DNA of 64,000 nt, from IMG/VR virus record IMGVR_UViG_3300032116_000031, positions 32,001 through 96,000 of that record. One strand, 5' to 3'. The notes below the pieces were generated by a model. The model was given only the letters and a program-made list of their open reading frames with translations. It did no database searches and was not told the origin of the DNA. The position numbers were made by a program, and so were the translations under genes. The DNA comes from a virus. Below, in pieces: positions 21,209 to 30,882 of the stretch (within the stretch, counting starts at the first letter, position 1; every line of letters begins with the position of its first letter).

Positions 21209-22301
21209 CTTGATATTTTTTAATTGTTAGATTTACTTTTTCGATTTTGCTTTCAAAAATCCTATTAAAGGTTGCTTTTGTTTGATTTGTAAAGTTTTGT
21301 TCGTTGTATGGCTCCACTGTTTTTTGCATGTTGTCATACATCTGCTGTGGAACATCACCCAACAGCCAATTCTCAACAAAACGTGCTATATAATCAGGTA
21401 TCGCTAAAATATTAGATAGATACACCGCATTATCACTCAATTTGATATTATCTCCTTCGATATTTTCAGCCCATTCTGGGATTAAATCTGGAATTTTAAC
21501 AATTACAGGAACTCCTGATTTCATTGACTCCAAGGGAAATGTACCAAAGGTAGCGTAATCATCAATCCAAATAGATAAACAAGTTTCTTTTAGTGCCTCT
21601 GCAAAACTTTCTTTAGGTAAATTACCAAGGGTTTTAAAAGAGAACCAAGAATACATAGGATATTTTTGGTAGAATAGTTTTGCTACTCTTTCCAAGTCGT
21701 CTTGATTTCTACTGATAATTGATATTATTGGTTTTTGTGGAAGGGTGGACGGCGAAAAGACATCCGAAATGGCGGGATTAATAACGTAAGTATTTTTAAC
21801 AGGTTGATATTCAGCTAAAAAAGTTTTCATCTTATTAGATGTTGTAATAGCATGATCCACACCATAAAAACTCCAACCTTCGCCTGCATTCATATATTTG
21901 AAAATAAATGAGTGAGATTGACAAATTACTACTGTATCAGAAGGAAGTTTACTCTCCCAAAGCTTTTTAATTAAGTCAGCATATAGCTCTGGAATAAAAA
22001 AAGTATCGGAACCGTTAATTTGATACTCTGGATTATTATTCATTGTCGTGATTGAAATATGCTTCAACGAGGAATATCTTTCACCCATCCAATTCTGAAC
22101 ACCGACAAATTTTTCCTTTTCGTGTAACATAATGACCTTGTACCCTTCATCATCCATTATACCTGCTATCTTGTATATGTATTCAATTGAAGCCATTGGA
22201 GTGCCATTAGTGTCGGCGACAAAAAAGAATAATCTTCCTTCCTTATTCTCTATTTTGCCCCTTAGCTCTACCAATTTTTCTATTATTTCTTTATTTTCCA
22301 T
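21198..22301 (-). CDS. Glycosyltransferase, GT-B/GT4-like
   Basis: ATFGTFPLESMKSGVPVI resembles the GT4 ExFGxxxxEAMxxGxPVI motif. Confidence 0.75.
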   Translation of the reverse strand: MENKEIIEKLVELRGKIENKEGRLFFFVADTNGTPMASIEYIYKIAGIMDDEGYKVIMLHEKEKFVGVQNWMGERYSSLKHISITTMNNNPEYQINGSDTFFIPELYADLIKKLWESKLPSDTVVICQSHSFIFKYMNAGEGWSFYGVDHAITTSNKMKTFLAEYQPVKNTYVINPAISDVFSPSTLPQKPIISIISRNQDDLERVAKLFYQKYPMYSWFSFKTLGNLPKESFAEALKETCLSIWIDDYATFGTFPLESMKSGVPVIVKIPDLIPEWAENIEGDNIKLSDNAVYLSNILAIPDYIARFVENWLLGDVPQQMYDNMQKTVEPYNEQNFTNQTKATFNRIFESKIEKVNLTIKKYQDEQ

Positions 22302-22968
22302 TTTTGAATATGTTTAATAATGCTTTTAAGTTTTTTATTTTTTTGCCTTGTTTTAAATGCTTGTTATTTTCAGTTTCAATTTTGAAAAGCTTTCTGTTCT
22401 TGGGTTTGTTTTCAATTATATAATTGTCAGCTGTTATTATCATTTTATAATCATCCCAAATGTCTTCATACGAAGAAACAAACCTCAAATTATTTAATTT
22501 ACATTTTTCTCTGGATAAGAAGAAAAGAGTCGCTGGTTTACTATTACCTATTTCCATGGAAACTAAATCGACCTCTATACCCTTTGAATTAAAATAGTTT
22601 TGTAACTCGTGGAAATCGTTAATAACATCTTTGTAAGTAACATTGGTTTTAGCTCCAATTTCAAAACTCATTTGCTCATAGAGGAATCTAAGAAAAAATT
22701 CTTTTGACTGTAACTCTATTTTAGAAGTTATATACATCGGATCAACCTTACCTTCCAAATTTAAGATTTTATTTTCTATTTTATTTTCTGTAATTTGTTG
22801 AATATCACCCTCATCATCCAATTCCCCAAATTCAAAGTCATCGCCTCGATCTATTTTTTCTTCATTGAACTGCTCTTCTTCTTCCAAATAGACATTATAA
22901 ACTTCCTTAAATGTATCATAATATCTTCTGATAACATCATTTATTGTTATTGCAATTCTTTTTTTCAT
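22291..22968 (-). CDS. HAD / 5'(3')-deoxyribonucleotidase-like protein, catalytic motif degenerate
   Basis: KRIAITINDVIR corresponds to IxIDxDGVL; C-terminal IETENNKH resembles the NT5C tail. Confidence 0.45.
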   Translation of the reverse strand: MKKRIAITINDVIRRYYDTFKEVYNVYLEEEEQFNEEKIDRGDDFEFGELDDEGDIQQITENKIENKILNLEGKVDPMYITSKIELQSKEFFLRFLYEQMSFEIGAKTNVTYKDVINDFHELQNYFNSKGIEVDLVSMEIGNSKPATLFFLSREKCKLNNLRFVSSYEDIWDDYKMIITADNYIIENKPKNRKLFKIETENNKHLKQGKKIKNLKALLNIFKNGK

Positions 22969-24536
22969 AGTATTACGATATAATTTTTTAATTTATGTTT
23001 ATATTCTATAATTTTTGGTTGTAAGACTTCCACAAAGTCCCTGTTTATTCTTTGAATTTTATCGGGATTTTCATCTCTTGTAAGCGATTCGTAATGATAA
23101 CATACAGCATCTCCTTGATAGAAGTTAGTTTTATCTTGTTTAGCTAATATATCTAAATTCAAAACTACATCTTCAAAACATTCAACTGTGTTTTCATTGA
23201 AGCCATTTACCTTTTCAAATAGTTTTTTGTTGACCAACAAAAAGGCCCCAGTTGATCCCACCATGTTTGAAGACAGTTTACTGTTGAAGGAATAATAACT
23301 TTTCAAACCATAATGAGAAGCGCCTATTCTTTTGGCTTTATCAACATATAAAATAATACCTGCATGTTGGATTCTTAAATTAGGATATAATAGTCTACAT
23401 CCAACCGTACCGCACCTGTGCTTGTTTTTTTGATACGTTAAAACCATTAAATCAAGGGCGTTGTTGATTAATTGAATATCATTATTACAGAATAATAATA
23501 GTTCTTCGTCATTAAAATAAGTTTTAATTAATTCATTGTTATTTTTTGCAAAATTATAGTAGTCTAATTGATGAATTTTTAATTTAATATTCTTATGATC
23601 CAACGCGGTTATTTGTTCGACATATGAATTTAAAGCAAGTAAAGACTCTTCAGATGAACCAGTATCGCCAACTACTATATTAAGATTAATGTTTTTATTT
23701 GTTTTCTTGATTAAAGAATTAATACATTTAATCAAGTAATCTATTTTATCCTTAGTTAAAATAACAACACCGACGGAAACACTATTCACCTGTACAGGAT
23801 TTATTTTTGCTATGTCTGTTAAATTAGGTCTGGTTTGGATAGGTAAGAGATCTTGATACATTTCCAAAAATACATTTCGATTAAAATACCAAGAATTAGA
23901 TACTTGACCTATACTTTTATGGTGAATTTTAAATGAAGTGGTTACACCTATTTTAACTCCTTCTAAAAAGTTTTCTACACTAAAACAAACGTCATAAAAG
24001 TGGAAACCTTTTATCTTTTCATTGAAGTTCTTCTTTATCCTATCTTTTTTCAGAGCAATAAAAACGCCGTCCAACACACAAACATTCATCACAAAATCAT
24101 GATGACTAGAAAATTCAGAATCATATTTTACTAGTTTACCATTAATTTCTCTTTCGTGAGAAACAATTCCAGCTAAGTCAGCCCTATTCTCCCACCAAAT
24201 ACCACTTTTATTTAAAGAGGTTGCTCCAGCTAATCCAATAATTCCATAATCAGTTGTTTCAAATATCTCTATTATTTTTTCATCCCACCCTTTAGGTAAA
24301 ACAATATCATCGTGGGCTAAAACTAATATCTCATCTTCCCCACACATATCCAAAGCTTTATTGTAAGCTTGTGTTAAAGAATATTGATTATCATTTTCAA
24401 ATTCAACAATCCTAACATCAGTTTTCAAAGAATTTAATATCTTTTTCCGATTTTCTTCTGATTTTTTTCTAGTACTATAAAAATAGAGCATATTTATATT
24501 TGAGTAATCTATAAGTTTTTTTAAACATTGTTGCAT
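22965..24536 (-). CDS. Two-domain glycosyltransferase family 2
   Basis: LAHDD and FHFYD in domain 1; VGDTGS, FCNNDI, IQHAG, GAFLL, FEDV, HYES in domain 2. Confidence 0.85.
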   Translation of the reverse strand: MQQCLKKLIDYSNINMLYFYSTRKKSEENRKKILNSLKTDVRIVEFENDNQYSLTQAYNKALDMCGEDEILVLAHDDIVLPKGWDEKIIEIFETTDYGIIGLAGATSLNKSGIWWENRADLAGIVSHEREINGKLVKYDSEFSSHHDFVMNVCVLDGVFIALKKDRIKKNFNEKIKGFHFYDVCFSVENFLEGVKIGVTTSFKIHHKSIGQVSNSWYFNRNVFLEMYQDLLPIQTRPNLTDIAKINPVQVNSVSVGVVILTKDKIDYLIKCINSLIKKTNKNINLNIVVGDTGSSEESLLALNSYVEQITALDHKNIKLKIHQLDYYNFAKNNNELIKTYFNDEELLLFCNNDIQLINNALDLMVLTYQKNKHRCGTVGCRLLYPNLRIQHAGIILYVDKAKRIGASHYGLKSYYSFNSKLSSNMVGSTGAFLLVNKKLFEKVNGFNENTVECFEDVVLNLDILAKQDKTNFYQGDAVCYHYESLTRDENPDKIQRINRDFVEVLQPKIIEYKHKLKNYIVIL

Positions 24537-24634
24537 TAAATATAAGGAAGCTTTAAAAGTTTTATTTTATTACCTATATTTACCTTATTATTTATTAATA
24601 TTTTTTACACAATACAAACAAAATTTTTTAAACT

Positions 24635-24868
24635 ATGAAATGGTTCACACTTGACATTTTGCGTCAAATTTTAATGGTAGCAGGCGCTATCGCAGTAGGT
24701 ATGGGTTGGAAAGACCAAGAATCAGTAAATATGCTTATCGGTATTCTTATGTCGGTTGCTGGTGCTGTTTGGCAACTTTTTGATCACAGCGCTGTCCAAG
24801 AAGAAGTTAGAAGTTTGAAGGAAGAGGTTAGAAGCTTCAGAGAGTTGAAGCCTACTAGCAAGAAATAA
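24635..24868 (+). CDS. Small two-TM membrane protein, putative holin
   Basis: 77 aa, two hydrophobic helices and a charged C-terminal coiled coil (EEVRSLKEEVRS). Confidence 0.55.
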   Translation: MKWFTLDILRQILMVAGAIAVGMGWKDQESVNMLIGILMSVAGAVWQLFDHSAVQEEVRSLKEEVRSFRELKPTSKK

Positions 24869-24881
24869 TAATTTGATAGGC

Positions 24882-24925
24882 AAAAAAAAAGACCGCAGCA
24901 TATTTCTATGTTGCGGTTTTTTTTT
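24882..24925. terminator. Bidirectional intrinsic terminator
   Basis: A9-GACCGCAGCATA-TTTC-TATGTTGCGG-T9 between convergent genes. Confidence 0.85.
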
Positions 24926-25517
24926 ATTTAAAAAATTCGTCAAGGGAATCTAACATTATCAGATAGAAAATTATTAAAGTGATATGTTCTTTAAAATTAT
25001 CCGAATCAATTAATAGATTAAAAGTGTCTTCTATTCTTAATTTCACAATTTCTTCCGTCGACAATGTAGAAAAAATTCCTTTGGGTTTTAAGTAGAAATT
25101 AAGGTTTATAAAATTTAATTCTACATCATTAATTAAATTCTTTTCTATTTCTTCTAATAGTTTTATCGGAGTTAATTCTTCTTCCAATTCTGATCTTAGA
25201 ATTATTAAATGCAATAAAAAATATTTTAGTAATTCCTTCTTTTCAGTTATATTGAATTTTAAATCTTTATATTCACTAAAAATATTTAAAGGCTTGGAAG
25301 CGTAATTTGAAATCAAATATTCTAAAATACTTTTCCTTTCAAACACTGTAAAATATTGATAACTCGTCTTTGTAAAATAACTTTTAATTTTTCTTACAAC
25401 TTTTAAGGGTTCAAAAGACTCAATATTTTTATTTTGAATTATTGGTTTATTACCTACCACGCTAAAATAATAGTCATCAGTAAAACTTGAATTCTCCTCG
25501 TTTATAATATATTCCAT
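24924..25517 (-). CDS. Hypothetical protein
   Basis: 197-aa ORF. Confidence 0.5.
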   Translation of the reverse strand: MEYIINEENSSFTDDYYFSVVGNKPIIQNKNIESFEPLKVVRKIKSYFTKTSYQYFTVFERKSILEYLISNYASKPLNIFSEYKDLKFNITEKKELLKYFLLHLIILRSELEEELTPIKLLEEIEKNLINDVELNFINLNFYLKPKGIFSTLSTEEIVKLRIEDTFNLLIDSDNFKEHITLIIFYLIMLDSLDEFFK

Positions 25518-25528
25518 AGAAATAATTT

Positions 25529-26398
25529 TTAAATTGATTTTTTTAATTTAACATATATAACGAAAGTCTTAATTATTTCGTAAATCATTTGATATGGATC
25601 ATCTATATTTTTCTTTTCCTTGAAATATTTCACCAATGGAGCCTCTTCACTGTAAAGTTTAAAAGAAAAGAACATATAATCATATAAATGGAAAAATAAC
25701 ATGCTGGTATAAACCTCTGTCGTTTCTTCAGAAGTTATGTCTACTTTATGGTTTTCATTGTCTTCAAACATTTCAACTAAAACGTCCACAGCCTCATTTA
25801 TGTCTTTTGGTAGCAGGTCTTTTATTTTCTTTTCACTAAGTTTATTTTTTTCGTATAAGGCTATCTCTTCATCTGTCAAGATATTTTCATATTTACTGTG
25901 CCCTATCTTATTCTTAATATCTTTTGATAAATCCAAATTTAACTCATACGTTAATTGGGAAAAATTATCCGTTTTAAATTTATCTTTTAACACCTTAATA
26001 ACAGGAGATTTATCGTAAAATAAAAATAATTCATCGTAGATGAAACTGGAGAAGGGATGGTAAAAGAAAGAAGTTATCACTTCAACGCTTGAACTTTTAA
26101 ACATCTTTTCTAAGTCTTCATCATACTCCAATAAATCCAAGCATTTCTCCAATACGCCTTCGTAAGTTGAAGGAAGGGCATCAAGTTGTGTCTGAATAAA
26201 ATCCTTTAACAATTTTACATCTTCTTTTTTATTCCCAGATTCAGCTAAATCAATGAAATAATTAAAGAACATAATCATTGTGTAGTTACTGTCAAAGTCG
26301 AATTGTGGATTCTCATATGTATCCTTTTTAACAGCCTTGATTATTTCTGATAGATTATATTTGATTATATTTGAATCCTTATTAATACTAAATTTCAT
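25529..26398 (-). CDS. Hypothetical protein with internal duplication
   Basis: 289 aa; EVITSFFYHPF...SPVIKVLKDK is echoed by EVYTSMLFFHL...APLVKYFKEK. Confidence 0.5.
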   Translation of the reverse strand: MKFSINKDSNIIKYNLSEIIKAVKKDTYENPQFDFDSNYTMIMFFNYFIDLAESGNKKEDVKLLKDFIQTQLDALPSTYEGVLEKCLDLLEYDEDLEKMFKSSSVEVITSFFYHPFSSFIYDELFLFYDKSPVIKVLKDKFKTDNFSQLTYELNLDLSKDIKNKIGHSKYENILTDEEIALYEKNKLSEKKIKDLLPKDINEAVDVLVEMFEDNENHKVDITSEETTEVYTSMLFFHLYDYMFFSFKLYSEEAPLVKYFKEKKNIDDPYQMIYEIIKTFVIYVKLKKSI

Positions 26399-27011
26399 TT
26401 TTAAATTCTCCTTTTATGATAGTTTCATACTCTAAGGTATAAACATCTTGGTTAAATAATAATTCTTTTATGTTTTGATCGTATTTTTCAGAGCGGACTA
26501 TTACCTTTTTAATTTTATCTTTTACCTCGTTTATATAATACAGGCTAGTAGGTGTATCGTAAGTCGCAACAATCATTTTCTCGCTAAATGCTGGAAGGTA
26601 TGTTGTAATATAATAATTCAATAAATGGTTATTATCATCCTTATCAACATAAGCTATTTTATACTTAAAATTTTCCTTTTCAGTTGTGAAATTGGATTTA
26701 TCATATTTCTTATAAGATATTACCGAAAAGACATTGTTATATACTTTAAAGAAATTATTATCATAATCATATTGTGCCTTATAATCATAATTTTCTTTTA
26801 AAATATCTTGAGCAAGATTTACAATGTAATTTTTAGTTTTGCCATCGTCGCAAATTATTAATATAGAGCAATCTTCCTCAAAGAAAAGTAAATCGCAGAA
26901 ATAGATAACCATTTGAGTAGTCAAGCCGACACTCTTTGGTTGACCTATAATGATTAACTCCTCTTTTGAGGAAGATATAACCTCTGATATTTTAGATACA
27001 TCTACTATCAT
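26388..27011 (-). CDS. Degenerate terminase-ATPase-like protein
   Basis: IIIGQPKSVGLTT (cf. KSRQxGxTT), IAYVD (Walker B-like), IVATYDTP (cf. STP motif III). Confidence 0.4.
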   Translation of the reverse strand: MIVDVSKISEVISSSKEELIIIGQPKSVGLTTQMVIYFCDLLFFEEDCSILIICDDGKTKNYIVNLAQDILKENYDYKAQYDYDNNFFKVYNNVFSVISYKKYDKSNFTTEKENFKYKIAYVDKDDNNHLLNYYITTYLPAFSEKMIVATYDTPTSLYYINEVKDKIKKVIVRSEKYDQNIKELLFNQDVYTLEYETIIKGEFKNEI

Positions 27012-27445
27012 TTACCTGTACTACCGAAACCACCTGTACCCCTTTCTGTATCGGAAAGGGTTTCTGCTTGTGTTATTTGGAAGTTATACCCTTCATTCTT
27101 TCTAAGAATCAATTGAGCTACTCTATCTCCCTGTTTAAAATTATGTTCCATAGAATCAATATGGTCTACTCGCCTCAATCTCATTTGTACTTCACCTCTG
27201 TAACTTGGATCAATAATTCCAACGGAATTGGCTTGTACCCAAGGTTCTTTACTAAGAGATGATCGAGGTACCAATTCCAAATAATAACCGTCTGGGGGTT
27301 CTACTGAAATACCTAATTTGATTACAAGGGCACCATTTATTTCATCGAAAGAATGTGCATATACATCAAAGCCTACATCTGTTGGGCTTGCCTTCGTTGG
27401 TAATTTTGAATCTGGGTGTAAAAGTTTTACTTTAATTTCGTTCAT
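27008..27445 (-). CDS. dut: dUTPase (trimeric)
   Basis: VGFD, PRSS, GIIDPSYRGE, RVAQL, RGTGGFGSTG motifs. Confidence 0.95.
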   Translation of the reverse strand: MNEIKVKLLHPDSKLPTKASPTDVGFDVYAHSFDEINGALVIKLGISVEPPDGYYLELVPRSSLSKEPWVQANSVGIIDPSYRGEVQMRLRRVDHIDSMEHNFKQGDRVAQLILRKNEGYNFQITQAETLSDTERGTGGFGSTGK

Positions 27446-28335
27446 ATTACTTGTTTTAAATTTTGCAAATAGTTAAATAGATTATATACAGTTGTAACAT
27501 CACTTTCACAGTAAGATACTAATTCTTTAATATCGAATTCATCTGAATAATAATATTTACCCATTGACTCTCCATTAACAGCTCCTTGTTTAGAGCTTTC
27601 AAATCCTAAGTTTAAAGCTATAGTATCTAATGTAGCATCGCCTGTTGCATTACCTGCTCTCCATTCTGATGCTGTATCAATAACTTTTTTATTCCAAGGC
27701 TGTTGAAATGGTTGGTGTAGAAAATAAGGCGTTATTAATCCATTCAAAGACATTCTCTTAGTGATAAAAGGAATATCGAAGAAATTGATGTTATGCCCTA
27801 CTACCCAAACATTACCGTTATTTTCCTTTGAAATTCGCTCATATAACTTGTTGATTCCAAATTGGAAATTCATTAAGAGTTCTAATTCATCGCCAACAAA
27901 AGAAATAGTCTGAAACTCGCCATTCTTTTTAAATCCCAAGCTAATACAAATAATTTTTGCATATTCAGGATAAAGGCCAGCTATTTCTCTGTACCGTGCA
28001 GCAGGTGATTCAGTTCTTTGATTCTTATAAATTTTCAGAAGCGTTTCTGGATTTATATCTGTTATATTAGATTCTTTTTCTAATTCATGAAAAAACGCAT
28101 CAATAATCTTACTTTTAGCTGATTCATCATAATTAGTCCATCTATCTAATTTTAACTCAAAACGCTTTTGTAGCTCTGGTGACAACTTATTATAATCATC
28201 ATAGTTAGCAACTGTTTCAATATCCAAGAAAATACATTCATCTGCTTTAATAGGCATATTATTCTTTGGATTAAGAAAGAACGTTCTACCTACTTCACTT
28301 TTTAATTCTGAAACCTTTTTGTTTGTGTATATCAT
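27442..28335 (-). CDS. DEDDy 3'-5' exonuclease (PolB-exo-like, standalone)
   Basis: FLDIETV (ExoI), GHNINFFDIPFI (ExoII), YCESDV (ExoIII). Confidence 0.85.
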   Translation of the reverse strand: MIYTNKKVSELKSEVGRTFFLNPKNNMPIKADECIFLDIETVANYDDYNKLSPELQKRFELKLDRWTNYDESAKSKIIDAFFHELEKESNITDINPETLLKIYKNQRTESPAARYREIAGLYPEYAKIICISLGFKKNGEFQTISFVGDELELLMNFQFGINKLYERISKENNGNVWVVGHNINFFDIPFITKRMSLNGLITPYFLHQPFQQPWNKKVIDTASEWRAGNATGDATLDTIALNLGFESSKQGAVNGESMGKYYYSDEFDIKELVSYCESDVTTVYNLFNYLQNLKQVI

Positions 28336-28351
28336 ATCTATTAATTTTCTG

Positions 28352-28382
28352 CAAAGGTAACTGTTTTAATCCAATCTACAAA
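28352..28382 (-). promoter_or_regulatory. Bacteroidota sigma-A promoter
   Basis: Minus strand TTTG-19 nt-TACCTTTG upstream of the exonuclease/dut operon. Confidence 0.65.
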
Positions 28383-29515
28383 AGATTTCTATAAATTTCT
28401 GCTCTAATTTTAGTGGTGTCATCTAAATTGAAATTCTTAAAAACATATTGGTAGAGATTTTCTCCCATATCTATTCTCATTTGTTCCGATTCCACTAACT
28501 GCTTAACATATTTCATCCAATTTTTATGCTCTTTTCTGGGATCAACTATTAGGCAATTTTTTTCATGTTCGCCGTCCAAATAAGGCTGAACCCCACTAAC
28601 GATAATGGGCTTCTTCTTAACTCCAGCCTCAAGCATCTTTAAATTACTCTTATAATAATTGAATTTATTATCTTGTAAAGGGGCAAGAGCAATATCGATT
28701 TCATCATAAGATTGACAATATGAATTAATAGGTTTAGTCCATACACGCTTATATTTCATTTGATTCTGATAAGGATAAGGATCTTGAATGAACTCGTGAA
28801 GATACTCTATGAATTTATTGTCTTTAAAAGCATAGTTATCAGTAAACTCTATTTCCATTTTATGCCAAACAGAATTCAAAGCTGTTTCCCTAGCACTATT
28901 GAAGCCACATAACTGCATTTGGATATTCTTATTCATAGTAGAAGACATTACGCCTCTTAACAACTTAATATCTTCCAAATGAGAAGATCCAGCTACATAT
29001 CCAATATTCACAGTTTCATGTGGAATACTATTTATCTGATACTGTTTTTCTTTAAAATTAATAGAGTTAGGCAAGCAAACCACATTCTTATTATACTTTC
29101 TTAAAACATCAACAAAAAATTCTGATGTAGTAGTCACTAAATCTGCTTTCTTAATTGCAGCTAAGGTTTTCTCTTTGAGTTTGATATTTTTTGCAATTGC
29201 ATAATAAGGATGTAAAGCATGATATTCAAAATAATCATCAATATCGACAATTAATTTAATCCCCATGGATTTATATATATCCGTTTGTCTTCCGATAGCT
29301 TCTATTTGCTCTATCACTGAATGATAAAATATCGCGTCAAATTTTTTAACTCTTTCGGTATTTAAAATTTCTCTATCTTCTGCTAATTCAATGTAAAACT
29401 CATCTTTAAATAAGGTTTGGAGCTTAATGTGTGGATCAGATATTCTGTATTTATTGATACCTGAACTAGGGTCATTTAAAAGGAATACTAAAATTTTTTT
29501 TATATTTCTCGACAT
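28376..29515 (-). CDS. Glycosyltransferase GT-B (GT4/GT1-like)
   Basis: VDIDD, GSSH, DIALAPL..NKFN..KSNLKMLEAG. The ATG at 29515 (MSRNIKK) is preferred to 29563 because TATATTTG lies at 29531-29538. Confidence 0.85.
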   Translation of the reverse strand: MSRNIKKILVFLLNDPSSGINKYRISDPHIKLQTLFKDEFYIELAEDREILNTERVKKFDAIFYHSVIEQIEAIGRQTDIYKSMGIKLIVDIDDYFEYHALHPYYAIAKNIKLKEKTLAAIKKADLVTTTSEFFVDVLRKYNKNVVCLPNSINFKEKQYQINSIPHETVNIGYVAGSSHLEDIKLLRGVMSSTMNKNIQMQLCGFNSARETALNSVWHKMEIEFTDNYAFKDNKFIEYLHEFIQDPYPYQNQMKYKRVWTKPINSYCQSYDEIDIALAPLQDNKFNYYKSNLKMLEAGVKKKPIIVSGVQPYLDGEHEKNCLIVDPRKEHKNWMKYVKQLVESEQMRIDMGENLYQYVFKNFNLDDTTKIRAEIYRNLL

Positions 29516-29545
29516 ACAAATTATTTTTAGCAAATATAATAAAAA

Positions 29546-30106
29546 TTGAAAAAGATAACTCAAAAATTTTTATTATTTAGTGGTTTTAGATATTCTTTTT
29601 ATAACGGAAGATCCCTTAATAAACATTGTATAGGGGAATTCACTGTACTGTGGAATTGTGTATATAGACTTCCTTATTATAGGTTTGATTATGAGTTGGA
29701 CGGCGAAATAGAAGAAGAAATAATCGCATTTAAAACAATTGGCTGCTGGATTATTATTTCCAACAGCCAAATACATAAAATCAACTACGAGGAAGAATTA
29801 TTAAACCTTAATCTACCTATTAAAAAAGATAATGAAAACTACGAATTTGTCTATATAATAAATTCGGCGATAGGATATAAAATAGGTAGAACTAAAAACA
29901 TTGATAATAGAAGTGCAATTTTTAATGTTAAATTGCCGTTCGAATGGTCTTTCTATGATATTCACATCGTAAAAGACTCAAAACGAGTTGAAAAATTGTT
30001 CCATTTGGTTTTCAAGAATAAAAGAATAAACGGAGAATGGTATGACCTAAACGCGGAAGATCTAAATGATATTAAACGCTTTTTACAAACTCCATATTCC
30101 CCTTAA
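29546..30106 (+). CDS. GIY-YIG superfamily T5orf172/MUG113-like protein
   Basis: FVYII...YKIGRTKNIDNR...EKLFH..FKNKRINGEWYDL; the start site is uncertain. Confidence 0.8.
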   Translation: MKKITQKFLLFSGFRYSFYNGRSLNKHCIGEFTVLWNCVYRLPYYRFDYELDGEIEEEIIAFKTIGCWIIISNSQIHKINYEEELLNLNLPIKKDNENYEFVYIINSAIGYKIGRTKNIDNRSAIFNVKLPFEWSFYDIHIVKDSKRVEKLFHLVFKNKRINGEWYDLNAEDLNDIKRFLQTPYSP

Positions 30107-30521
30107 ATAAACTGTTACCTACCTTCAAAAATATAATTTGAGCATCAGAAGAAGAAGATTCACCTAAAATCATTTTATTCTTAAAATATGAATCCAACTC
30201 TTCTCTGATTATAGCTCTAATATTTTCATTCACTGCACTGCTTTCATTTAAACTTTGAGTGTTTTCTATTTCTGGATCCATTCTGAAATCAGTATCCTCT
30301 GGTAAATTAATATCATCCAATATTGATCTATGCTCCCCTTGCTGACCCTCAAATAATATATTTCCATCCATTTTGAAATCATCATCTTTAGACTTCTTAC
30401 TTTTAGTCTTAGATGATTTAGGAGCGCTATTTTCTTTAACTACTGTTTTTTTATTAGGCTTGCTATCATCAATACTAACATCTTTTGAAAGATTGGCTAG
30501 AAAATTATCTATATTACTCAT
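30072..30521 (-). CDS. Hypothetical protein
   Basis: 149-aa ORF. Confidence 0.5.
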   Translation of the reverse strand: MSNIDNFLANLSKDVSIDDSKPNKKTVVKENSAPKSSKTKSKKSKDDDFKMDGNILFEGQQGEHRSILDDINLPEDTDFRMDPEIENTQSLNESSAVNENIRAIIREELDSYFKNKMILGESSSSDAQIIFLKVGNSLFKGNMEFVKSV

Positions 30522-30527
30522 ATTTTA

Positions 30528-30881
30528 CTAATGTTTTTTAATAATGTTTTTTTCTAATGACGATAATCTTCTTTCAAGTAAAGGCATAAAATCTTCTTTT
30601 AATACTTCCAAAATAAGACCTTTTAAGTAGCTATCAATAGGATGATTTTTATTGTTTTCCGATTTATCGTTATTATCTTTGCTTTGTGTTAAAAATGTAG
30701 ATAACAATTCATTTCTATTTATTTTATTAGCCAATGATGATATATATGAATTGTCTATTCCTGCATCACCTTCAATATCAATTTCTTCTTCGTAAATTTC
30801 CATATCCTCTCCATCATCTTCAAATAAGTCTTCATTAATAATTTCATCATTGTTTGAATCAAGTCTTAATTTTCTATTCAT
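30528..30881 (-). CDS. Hypothetical acidic protein
   Basis: 117-aa ORF. Confidence 0.45.
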   Translation of the reverse strand: MNRKLRLDSNNDEIINEDLFEDDGEDMEIYEEEIDIEGDAGIDNSYISSLANKINRNELLSTFLTQSKDNNDKSENNKNHPIDSYLKGLILEVLKEDFMPLLERRLSSLEKNIIKKH

Positions 30882-30882
30882 A

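Noticed and set aside
24722-24943. 73-aa minus-strand ORF
   Set aside because: It spans the bidirectional terminator and is antisense to the holin-like gene.
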